Of a stretch of 64,000 nucleotides of DNA, positions 17,061 to 25,111 are shown in pieces. The translations under genes were made by a program, and so were the position numbers. Position 1 is the stretch's first letter, and each line of letters begins with the position of its first letter. The notes under the pieces are model-generated. The model was not told the origin of the DNA, made no database searches, and worked only from the letters and a program-made list of their open reading frames with translations. Origin of the DNA: Candidatus Poribacteria bacterium (GTDB taxonomy: Bacteria > Poribacteria > WGA-4E > WGA-3G); contig JAJEGI010000172.1 in NCBI GenBank assembly GCA_022819945.1, forward strand, positions 9,427-73,426, given 5' to 3'.

Positions 17061-17804
17061 ATGACTGAAGAACAGAAATTTATTTTCGATCTTAAGGGTT
17101 ACCTGTTAATTCCAGAAGTTTTGACGACTTCGGAAATCTCGGCACTGAAATCACAGATTGAGACGATCCGTACCGATCCAGAATCTTTGCCACCGCATGA
17201 ACGGCGGTTTCCGGGTGGAACTGCCTCATTTTTAATTGACCATCCTGTTGTAATTGATGTTCTTCGTGAAATTCTCGGAGAAATTCGGATGGAGTCGAGT
17301 TGGTTCACCTATCGTGAGGTCGGAAATGGGGGACCGCCACCGCACGGTGGTGTACGGAATGTGAACCCGAACTTCAACTATCAGTGTCACGATGGGAAGA
17401 TATATTCTGCCTTGACGCGGGTTGTTTTTGAGTTGAATGAAGTCGAAGCGGGTGAAGGGGGTACGCTATTTTTGCCCGGAAGCCATAAAGCGAACTTCCG
17501 AATTCCTGAAGCACACCGACAGACAGATTCCCCGCTTTTTGAGACCTACAGCTGCCCGCCAGGCTCTGTGATTATCTTTACGGAAAATCTCTGTCATTCC
17601 GGGGTTGCGTGGCAAAATCCGGATCGACCGCGGATCGCCATTTTCAATTGCTATAATTTTGTCGGGTGCCAATTTCACAGGCCCTCAGTGCCGAAAGACA
17701 TTATTGAAGGCTTACCTCCTGAAAAGCAGGCATATTTCCGTGATGTCTGGGTTTGGCACCAAGGCGGTGCCGACAACGGCAAGAATTTGAGGTACCAGAG
17801 TTAA
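17061..17804 (+). CDS. phytanoyl-CoA dioxygenase (PhyH) family Fe(II)/2-oxoglutarate oxygenase
   Basis: FDLKGYLLIPEVL N-terminus, H-x-D-like site (QCHDG) and distal His (LCHSG). ATG at 17061 lies 6 nt after GGAGGG. Confidence 0.8.
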   Translation: MTEEQKFIFDLKGYLLIPEVLTTSEISALKSQIETIRTDPESLPPHERRFPGGTASFLIDHPVVIDVLREILGEIRMESSWFTYREVGNGGPPPHGGVRNVNPNFNYQCHDGKIYSALTRVVFELNEVEAGEGGTLFLPGSHKANFRIPEAHRQTDSPLFETYSCPPGSVIIFTENLCHSGVAWQNPDRPRIAIFNCYNFVGCQFHRPSVPKDIIEGLPPEKQAYFRDVWVWHQGGADNGKNLRYQS

Positions 17805-17818
17805 TATAGATATCACGT

Positions 17819-18139
17819 ATGGCTTCTACGCCTTTTGTATCATTGACTAACGCAGCACGAGCCGATGCATCGAGAAGTGTTTCAAAGTGGCGATGGATGC
17901 TGTTCGGCGTGATTCTCAGCATTGTACCTATAGTCAGTATTTTCCTGTTTGGCATCAGTGTCATTGTTCTAAGTGTCTTAACACCGCCAATTGACTTGTC
18001 CACCCCTAAACGCCAAGCACTCTATTTCCAGAATCCTGTGCGTTACACGGTGGAATACCGGCGCGCAGCAAAAAGGTTACGGTGCCTGCGAATTTTTTAT
18101 GGGTGGCTTGCGGGTGTCATTATTTTAAGTCTCTTTTGA
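17819..18139 (+). CDS. hypothetical two-TM membrane protein
   Basis: Support is the ORF plus two clear hydrophobic segments. There is no recognisable family and no clear SD. Confidence 0.35.
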   Translation: MASTPFVSLTNAARADASRSVSKWRWMLFGVILSIVPIVSIFLFGISVIVLSVLTPPIDLSTPKRQALYFQNPVRYTVEYRRAAKRLRCLRIFYGWLAGVIILSLF

Positions 18140-18158
18140 AGGAGAGGGTAGGAAGTAA

Positions 18159-18509
18159 ATGTCAGATAAATCGACACCCTACACAGGATTGGAAGACCAA
18201 CTCATCTTGCGCGATCACCTCGCTGCAGACCGAACGATTCTTGCGAATGAGCGTACCTATCTCGCCTATATTCGTACGGCGTTAACACTGTTTGTCGCGG
18301 GTTTATCTTTTGTGCACTTCAAAGATATTTTTAGTTCACAGGTTGCTATCTTTAGCTCACATGTCGTTGAGGTCATCGGCATCATCTTTATTTTACTGGG
18401 TATCGCTACCTTCTTCGTTGGGTTTGTGAGATACAGGCGGATGCGGGCACTCATTCACAAGATTAAGCAGGAAGAACTCATAGCATTAGGAGAAGAAGAC
18501 TCGCCATGA
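18159..18509 (+). CDS. DUF202 (YidH-like) membrane protein
   Basis: LAADRTILANERTYLAYIRTALTL signature and three TM segments. AGGAGAGGG lies upstream. Confidence 0.7.
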   Translation: MSDKSTPYTGLEDQLILRDHLAADRTILANERTYLAYIRTALTLFVAGLSFVHFKDIFSSQVAIFSSHVVEVIGIIFILLGIATFFVGFVRYRRMRALIHKIKQEELIALGEEDSP

Positions 18510-19531
18510 AAATAAGAGAAGTTGTTGTAACTGGTCAAAACCGAGTGGAACTGCAGACTGTGGACATAGATGCGCCGGTGCTCGCTCCGAATGAATTACT
18601 GATAGACACAGAATACACGTTCATTAGTAGTGGTACAGAACTCGCCAATTATACTGGCAGAGAACCGAAAGTATTTCAGAAGGGGGCTTGGTGTGAATAT
18701 CCGTGGCGTTCTGGTTATGCGAACGTCGGCGTTGTGCGCAACGTAGGGACTGATGTCACTCGGGCAGCACCGGGCGACCGAGTTTTTACTTATGGACGGC
18801 ATGCCTCAACGATTCGCTATTCACAAGATCGACTGGTTGCACCTGTCAGAGAAGCAGTAGACCCCGCTGTGGTTGCGGCATCACGGATGGCAGGCGTTGC
18901 GATGACCGCGATTATTGTGGGGGAAATCGGCACGAACCCGTGGGTTGTTGTTTTTGGGTTAGGACTTGTCGGGAATCTGGCATCACAGATGTTTCAGATT
19001 CACGGATGCCGCGTTATCGGTGTGGACCCGGTAGCGGAGCGGCGAAAACTCGCCGAGCGGTGTGGGATTGAACATACCGTCGGTGGCAGTGCCGACGCAG
19101 CCCAAGCGGCGGTTCAGGAAATTACGGGAGGTGGACTCGGCAACATCACGGTCGATGCGGTCGGACATAGTGGTGTCGTTATGCAGGCCCTCCGTGCGAC
19201 TGCCAGTCATGGGCAACTTATCATTCTCGGTTCACCGCGCGTCTCAGTCCATGGCGATTTGACCGACCTGCTTTCTGAAACGCATTTGCGATGGATTACC
19301 ATCCGTGGGGCATTGGAATGGTGCGTGCCGATGTATCCGGACATCGGTAACCGAACTTCTCAGTGGAGTAAACAGCAAACGATTTTCGACTGGATGGCGC
19401 GCGGTCAGTTGCACGTTGAACCCTTAATTTCGCATTGTCTCAAACCGGAGCAGATTAAGCAGGCTTACGATGGCCTCCTCAATGAACCGAATGTGTATAC
19501 AGGGGTTGTTCTGGATTGGACTGCTGCCTAA
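18506..19531 (+). CDS. medium-chain (zinc-type) alcohol dehydrogenase-like oxidoreductase
   Basis: GroES-like N-terminus and Rossmann VVFGLGLVGNLA. The ATG overlaps the previous stop (ATGA). Confidence 0.8.
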   Translation: MKIREVVVTGQNRVELQTVDIDAPVLAPNELLIDTEYTFISSGTELANYTGREPKVFQKGAWCEYPWRSGYANVGVVRNVGTDVTRAAPGDRVFTYGRHASTIRYSQDRLVAPVREAVDPAVVAASRMAGVAMTAIIVGEIGTNPWVVVFGLGLVGNLASQMFQIHGCRVIGVDPVAERRKLAERCGIEHTVGGSADAAQAAVQEITGGGLGNITVDAVGHSGVVMQALRATASHGQLIILGSPRVSVHGDLTDLLSETHLRWITIRGALEWCVPMYPDIGNRTSQWSKQQTIFDWMARGQLHVEPLISHCLKPEQIKQAYDGLLNEPNVYTGVVLDWTAA

Positions 19532-19556
19532 AATTTGGTAGGACGAGGAAAATACC

Positions 19557-20447
19557 ATGAATAAAACAGATTTGTTTCAAAACAACATCGAATCTGATCT
19601 GCCACACGGACTCAAATTGCGGCTTGATAAAGGTGAAGTGACGGACATCACGTTTTCGCCAGATGGTACACGGCTCGCGGCGGGTGGTGATGGACGTATT
19701 TGGATATATGATACTACAAGTGGTGCGCAATTTGCGATGCTCTCAGGCTATACAGAACGGGTGCGTGCATTGGCATTCGCGCCAGACAACGCTCTACTTG
19801 CCAGCGGAAGTGAAGACAACACACTTCGATTATGGGATACTGCCACTGCTCGTGAGACGTTGACCCTTGCAGGAGACTCCAATTTAGTGCAGGCGTTAGC
19901 CTCTTCGTCGCCAGATGGTGTTCCGCTTCCGGGATGGGATCCGCGTACAGAACGGTTGCTTGCGGCTTCAGCGGAAGCCCCGGGACGCGTTAGGAGTTTG
20001 GCATTCTCACCGGACGGTGCAACGCTGGCGAGCGGCAGCGCGGACGGTAAAATACGATTGTGGGAAGTTGAGACAGGTAGATTTTTGTCATCTTTCTCGG
20101 CACATGATGGACTTGTTTTGACGTTGGCGTTTTCGCCAGAAGGTAATGTCTTGGCGAGCGGCGGTTCTGACACCCTTGTTCGCTTGTGGGATGTGGACAC
20201 CGAGCGTGTACTATCTGTCTTAAGGGGCCACACCGACTCGGTCGATACTGTGGCATTTTCTGGTGATGGTGAGCTGCTCGTCAGTGGCGGACGGGATCGG
20301 CATATTCAGCTTTGGGATGTAGATGCTGATGATCTTATATCCTCATTTCCGATCCAGGAAGGTGCTATCCGTGAATTGATGTTTTCGACAGATAGCGAAA
20401 AACTTCTATGTGTGACGCTGGAGGGTTCACTTCTTATAAGAGAATGA
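19557..20447 (+). CDS. WD40 repeat protein (about 7 blades, no signal peptide)
   Basis: Iterated V-x-x-(L/V)AFSPDG..LASG..D.T(L/I)RLWD units. Confidence 0.85.
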   Translation: MNKTDLFQNNIESDLPHGLKLRLDKGEVTDITFSPDGTRLAAGGDGRIWIYDTTSGAQFAMLSGYTERVRALAFAPDNALLASGSEDNTLRLWDTATARETLTLAGDSNLVQALASSSPDGVPLPGWDPRTERLLAASAEAPGRVRSLAFSPDGATLASGSADGKIRLWEVETGRFLSSFSAHDGLVLTLAFSPEGNVLASGGSDTLVRLWDVDTERVLSVLRGHTDSVDTVAFSGDGELLVSGGRDRHIQLWDVDADDLISSFPIQEGAIRELMFSTDSEKLLCVTLEGSLLIRE

Positions 20448-20575
20448 TACAGACATACGAAACATAAATATACACTCATCCACTTCAGATCAGAACAGCA
20501 CGGGTCTCTAATCTGTCTGTTGTCAAAGTATGTTTGTGTCTAGGCTGATAAGATTACCAAACTGAGGTGATCAAA

Positions 20576-21862
20576 ATGAGAGAGACACAACCATTCGCAA
20601 TTTCTTTACTGTTCATCTGTGCGGTATTTGATGTGATCTTACTCCTTATTGGGGAGAGCGTCATATTTCCACTATTATTACAAGATGCTCCACATTTACC
20701 CGAGGAATATGCCCAAACGCACACACATCTTGCCACGTTCAAAGTGCCTTTGAATCAAGAAAGGTGGCAAGTCATAAATGCGATTGCTTTTTCACCTGAT
20801 GGGCAAACGCTCGCGATTGGTATAGCACAAGAAGTGCATCTGTGGAATATAAATACTGGCAAGCATTCGTCTATCTTTAAAGGACATTCTGGTTTAGTTC
20901 GTAGGGTAACGTTCTCACCGGACGGCAAAACATTGGCGAGTGTGAGTCGGGATAGAGAACGGAGCAGTATCCATCCAACGATCTTATGGGATCCTTCCGT
21001 CCCAATACAGAAGATAGCACATTATCAAATGGCACCTTATACGATTCGGTTGTGGGATATCAAGACTGCTATTTCGCGATTGACTTTTACGGAGTCCATT
21101 TCACCTCTTACTGCGTTAGAATTCTCTCCAGATAGTACCAAACTCCTGATCGCCAGTCAAAATGGTGTTATTGATGTATATGACAGTGCCACTGGTCATC
21201 GTGAGTTAAATAGTTTTGGTCTGTTTGTACATGACAGGATTCTTAACAGGATCGGAACGATTGCTTATGCTGCCTCACCAGGTGATAAAATCCTTACGCG
21301 TTGGATTTGGAAAGTTAACGGTTTCATGCCGCGTCGAATTCCGCCAGAAGAAATACCTCGCCGCTTTTCGGTAAAAAAGTGGTTTACTCACTTCCGATTT
21401 GTAGGCGAACCTGCTATTGGATTGAATACTGGTAAGGGCCATTCTCTATTTTTCCTTGTACCAGATACCTATCGGGTCAATGCCCTGGCATTTTCACCGG
21501 ACGGTAAAATTCTCGCGAGTGGTAGTCAAGACAAAGAGAGTCGGTTATACGACATCGCTACCGCGAAAATTCAACTGTGGGATACTGACACTGGACAGTT
21601 GCTTCATACATTCAATAGTCCGGGCGGATGGATCAATCTGTTAACTTTTTCACCAGATGGCAATACGCTTGCCAGTGTAGGCAAACGTTGGTGGAACAAG
21701 ATTTTCATCTGGGACATGGAGAATTATCGTTTGCTCTCTGTCATCACGACCGGTAATCGAAAAATAAAAGCGTTGCAGTTTGCCCCTGATAGTATCACAC
21801 TTGCCAGTGCCCACACTGATGGAACCGTACACCTCTGGGATATAACAGGAAGAAAAAAATAA
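20576..21862 (+). CDS. N-terminally membrane-anchored WD40 repeat protein, paralog A
   Basis: ATG at 20576 lies 5 nt after GAGGTGA. One TM helix is followed by FSPDG...LW(D/N) blades. It is a tandem paralog of 21970..23097. Confidence 0.8.
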   Translation: MRETQPFAISLLFICAVFDVILLLIGESVIFPLLLQDAPHLPEEYAQTHTHLATFKVPLNQERWQVINAIAFSPDGQTLAIGIAQEVHLWNINTGKHSSIFKGHSGLVRRVTFSPDGKTLASVSRDRERSSIHPTILWDPSVPIQKIAHYQMAPYTIRLWDIKTAISRLTFTESISPLTALEFSPDSTKLLIASQNGVIDVYDSATGHRELNSFGLFVHDRILNRIGTIAYAASPGDKILTRWIWKVNGFMPRRIPPEEIPRRFSVKKWFTHFRFVGEPAIGLNTGKGHSLFFLVPDTYRVNALAFSPDGKILASGSQDKESRLYDIATAKIQLWDTDTGQLLHTFNSPGGWINLLTFSPDGNTLASVGKRWWNKIFIWDMENYRLLSVITTGNRKIKALQFAPDSITLASAHTDGTVHLWDITGRKK

Positions 21863-21969
21863 AAGCCGACAACTGAAAATTGAACATTTCAACTTCTATC
21901 TTTTTGAGTGCGGAAGTGTCTATAAGCGTAACATCAGACTGTACCAGCGACCTCTGAAAGGAGAAAGCG

Positions 21970-23097
21970 ATGAGAATGAGACGATCTGTCCGCGAACGTA
22001 TTCGATGGTGCAAGAGCGATAGGCTGCCCGGGCAAACCTTGAAAAGAAAGAAATGGATTTTTGTATTAATTGTGTTGATGTGTGCGTCATTCGATGTGCT
22101 TTTACTCTTTATTAGTAGAATGGCGATACGTCCACTGGAAGAAGATGCTCCGTATTTACCCAAGGAACATGCCCAAGCATACACGCACCTCACCACACTC
22201 AGAAAGGATCCTCCCCCAAAATGGAATGAAACTATCGAAACAATCGCATTTTCACGAGATGGGCAAATCCTTGCTGCTGGTAGGTACCAAGAAGTTCATT
22301 TGTGGGATATAAGTGCAGGTAATCTGATGTCTACTTTTAAAGCAGATCAAGGTTGGATCTATGCTGTAGCGTTTTCGCCCGATCAGAAAACATTGGCGAG
22401 TGTAAGTGGTAAAGGGGGACGAATCCGGCCCACTCCAGTGATATTATTGGATCCTCTCGCGCCGAGACACTTAGTCCGTCATACAATCCAGTTGTGGGAT
22501 ATCAAAACTGGTGCTACGCGATTGACTTTTCCTGTGAATACACTACCGATTACCACCTTAGAATTCTCATCGGATGGTACTAAACTGCTCATTGTAAGTG
22601 AGCAAGGTTTTATTGATGTATATGATAGTGCCACTGGGCACCGTGAGAAATTTAGTAGGTCTCCGTTTGTACATGACGCTATACGTAACACCTATCGATT
22701 TAGGACTCTGGCGTTCTCATCGGATGGTAAAATCTTCGCAACTGGTGGTCGAAACAGCGATGATCGTGGGTTACACGATATCGCTGATGCAGAAATCCAG
22801 TTGTGGAAGGCTGACACTGGACATCGGCTTCATACATTTAATAGTCCTGGCCGATGGGTTAATTTATTAGTTTTTTCGCCCGATGGAAAAACACTTGCCA
22901 GTGTAGGTGATGACGGGGATTGGTGGCACAAGATTTTTATTTGGGATTTGGAAAATCGTCGTTTGCTCTCTGTTATTACTACAGGTAAGCGGGGAATAAT
23001 GGCGTTGCAGTTTGCTCCTGATAGTGTAACACTCGCCAGCGGTCACACCGATGGGGCTGTACGCCTATGGGATATAACAGGAAGAATAAATAGGTAA
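21970..23097 (+). CDS. N-terminally membrane-anchored WD40 repeat protein, paralog B
   Basis: AAAGGAGA precedes the ATG. Architecture is the same as paralog A, with shared blocks DAP(H/Y)LP(E/K)E(Y/H)AQ and LAS(A/G)HTDG(T/A)V(H/R)LWDITGR. Confidence 0.8.
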   Translation: MRMRRSVRERIRWCKSDRLPGQTLKRKKWIFVLIVLMCASFDVLLLFISRMAIRPLEEDAPYLPKEHAQAYTHLTTLRKDPPPKWNETIETIAFSRDGQILAAGRYQEVHLWDISAGNLMSTFKADQGWIYAVAFSPDQKTLASVSGKGGRIRPTPVILLDPLAPRHLVRHTIQLWDIKTGATRLTFPVNTLPITTLEFSSDGTKLLIVSEQGFIDVYDSATGHREKFSRSPFVHDAIRNTYRFRTLAFSSDGKIFATGGRNSDDRGLHDIADAEIQLWKADTGHRLHTFNSPGRWVNLLVFSPDGKTLASVGDDGDWWHKIFIWDLENRRLLSVITTGKRGIMALQFAPDSVTLASGHTDGAVRLWDITGRINR

Positions 23098-23136
23098 AAT
23101 AAGTAATTGAAAGCTGAAGATGGAGGCATCGAAATA

Positions 23137-23958
23137 ATGATTGGTATTTCTTATCATGCGGGTGGGATGAAGGACATCCCGCTAAACGAAGTTATCACGA
23201 TTCTTGCCGATGCAGGCTACGATGCAATTGAGATGATGTGCGGTCCAGAGGCACATATCCCTTCTGGCGATGTCACCGACGGTTTGCTCAAGGAAGTCAA
23301 AGCGATGGTAACCGACAATGGCTTGAAGGTGTCTGTTATCAATCCGTTTACTGGCGGCGGTTTATACCAACTGGCAGCGGAAGACCAACAGCGCGCGGTT
23401 GACCATTATGCGCTGCTGCAAGACGTAGCAGTCGCACTTGGTGCAGGTGGCGTTAACTTTCTCACGGGTTATGGGGGTGAGAACGGTGATGCGTTCGCGT
23501 GGCGGCTCCTTGTTGATGTGCTGAAGCCGATCTGTCGTCGTGCGGAAGAACTGGGTATCACGATGAATATCCACAACCACGAGGCGACAACGATTGATGC
23601 GTCTGCGAAAGTTACACTTTTGATTGAACACGTCGGATCAGACGCGCTGAAATCCCTTAACGACATCACCAATTTCTATCATATTGGAGAGGATATCGCT
23701 GAAGTTACTGAAAAACTGGGACCGCTGACGGCACATTGCCACGTAAAAGGTGTGACAGGCATGTATCCGTATAGCACTTTTCTGATTCCAGGCGAAGATG
23801 GAGATGAGTTGGATTTTCGGACTTTTGCGGCGAGTTTAGGAAAAGTAGGATACAATAAGTATATCTCGGTGGAGACGTTTCCGCACATGCGGATGGAGAA
23901 AGCGCAAATCGCGCACGATATGATGGCGGGAATATTGAAGGAATTGGGTTTGCGGTAA
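23137..23958 (+). CDS. sugar phosphate isomerase/epimerase (xylose isomerase-like TIM barrel)
   Basis: 273 aa from the ATG at 23137, with GGAGG upstream. Shows the IEMM, NIHNHE and ISVETF pattern of the AP_endonuc_2 fold. Confidence 0.8.
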   Translation: MIGISYHAGGMKDIPLNEVITILADAGYDAIEMMCGPEAHIPSGDVTDGLLKEVKAMVTDNGLKVSVINPFTGGGLYQLAAEDQQRAVDHYALLQDVAVALGAGGVNFLTGYGGENGDAFAWRLLVDVLKPICRRAEELGITMNIHNHEATTIDASAKVTLLIEHVGSDALKSLNDITNFYHIGEDIAEVTEKLGPLTAHCHVKGVTGMYPYSTFLIPGEDGDELDFRTFAASLGKVGYNKYISVETFPHMRMEKAQIAHDMMAGILKELGLR

Positions 23959-23992
23959 AAAATTTGGGAGTCGCGGTTAAATGAAGTAATTC

Positions 23993-24013
23993 GGCGGGGA
24001 TACAATCCCCGCC
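23993..24013. terminator. GC-rich hairpin between convergent genes
   Basis: GGCGGGGA tacaa TCCCCGCC, an 8-bp perfect stem. It lies between the stop at 23958 (+) and the stop at 24049 (-). There is no clear U-tract on either strand. Confidence 0.35.
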
Positions 24014-24048
24014 TGTAGGGGCCTACTGTAAACCGGACCTACGGAATG

Positions 24049-24846
24049 CTATGCTGAACCATTTTCTAACGCCTTGATGCCGGGCCAATCGCGCCACATA
24101 TCGTCGTTTGGTGGCTCCTCTTGCGTTTGTTCCAATTCAGTTTTTCGGAAGTCATATAAAACTGCCTGTCTGATTTGCTGTGAATAGTTATGTCCTGCAG
24201 CGTGTCCGATACGATGGTGCCAAAAGACGACATCGCCTGCATTTCCGTAGCATTCAACACCTGGACCTCTGCTGATGCGTTCTCGGTCTACATCGTATTG
24301 TGGGGTTGGTTCGTTTTTGTATTGGGAGTAGTAATCGTAATAGAAGACTTGGTGGCTCCCGGGCCAGACTGTAAATCCGCCGCCCTCTGGTGGTACATCG
24401 TCAATATATCCGACCGCGCCGAGATGGAACGGATGTGCGTCTACATGGCAACCGATAGACTTCTTGGGAACATCACCGTAGGGGAGCGTGCAATAAATGC
24501 CGCGTACACGTTCAGGTTGCACCAGATTTCCTTTCCCTAAAAGCTGCTCCGCCATCCGCCAGACGTTTGGATCCGTTGCGAGGAGTTGAACCATCCAATC
24601 TTCTCCGCCGGGTTCTCGGAAATTCCAGCGGAAACCGCGTCGATGGTTGCTTTTGTCAGGGTTTTCCTCTTCAGAGGTAAAGGGACCTATCCAAGTTTCA
24701 GGGTTTTCTCGTTTGCGTCCTTCGGGGGCACCGTCCCAGAGTCTTGTGCGTGCCCGTTCCATCAATTCTGGGTCAAGGACGTTCCGTTTCACCAAGTATC
24801 CTTCAGTCTTGAAAAATTCGATGTCTTTCCGTGTAAGTTCAACCAT
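24049..24846 (-). CDS. phytanoyl-CoA dioxygenase (PhyH) family oxygenase
   Basis: FFKTEGYLVKRNVLD N-terminus, HVDAH (H-x-D) and distal WHHRIGHAAG. ATG at 24846 follows AAGGGGG. Confidence 0.8.
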   Translation of the reverse strand: MVELTRKDIEFFKTEGYLVKRNVLDPELMERARTRLWDGAPEGRKRENPETWIGPFTSEEENPDKSNHRRGFRWNFREPGGEDWMVQLLATDPNVWRMAEQLLGKGNLVQPERVRGIYCTLPYGDVPKKSIGCHVDAHPFHLGAVGYIDDVPPEGGGFTVWPGSHQVFYYDYYSQYKNEPTPQYDVDRERISRGPGVECYGNAGDVVFWHHRIGHAAGHNYSQQIRQAVLYDFRKTELEQTQEEPPNDDMWRDWPGIKALENGSA

Positions 24847-25008
24847 TGTGTTGCCCCCTTCTTCGTTGAAGTCGCACGAGGCGTGCTGACGGAAATTATT
24901 GCGATATGCAAGTATGCTCAAAAAAGGTGAAAGCCATGTCTCTAACCTGAAGGTTAAAGAATTTTAAAGATATTAACGATTTTTTTCAAGAAAAGGTTAA
25001 CAAATTTT

Positions 25009-25038
25009 TTGACATCCGCTGCATTCTGAAACTATAGT
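25009..25038 (+). promoter_or_regulatory. upstream sigma-70-type promoter (P2) of the CBM9/DUF5916 gene
   Basis: TTGACA, 18-nt spacer, TATAGT. Confidence 0.5.
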
Positions 25039-25075
25039 AGCAGCAGTGAGTCTTTTCGCTGAAAAATAACTGCAT

Positions 25076-25104
25076 TTGACAACACGTTGCCCTTCCATTA
25101 TAAT
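25076..25104 (+). promoter_or_regulatory. perfect-consensus sigma-70 promoter (P1) positioned for a leaderless transcript
   Basis: TTGACA, 17-nt spacer, TATAAT. The ATG at 25112 lies 7 nt after the -10 and has no SD. Confidence 0.6.
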
Positions 25105-25111
25105 TAAACGT

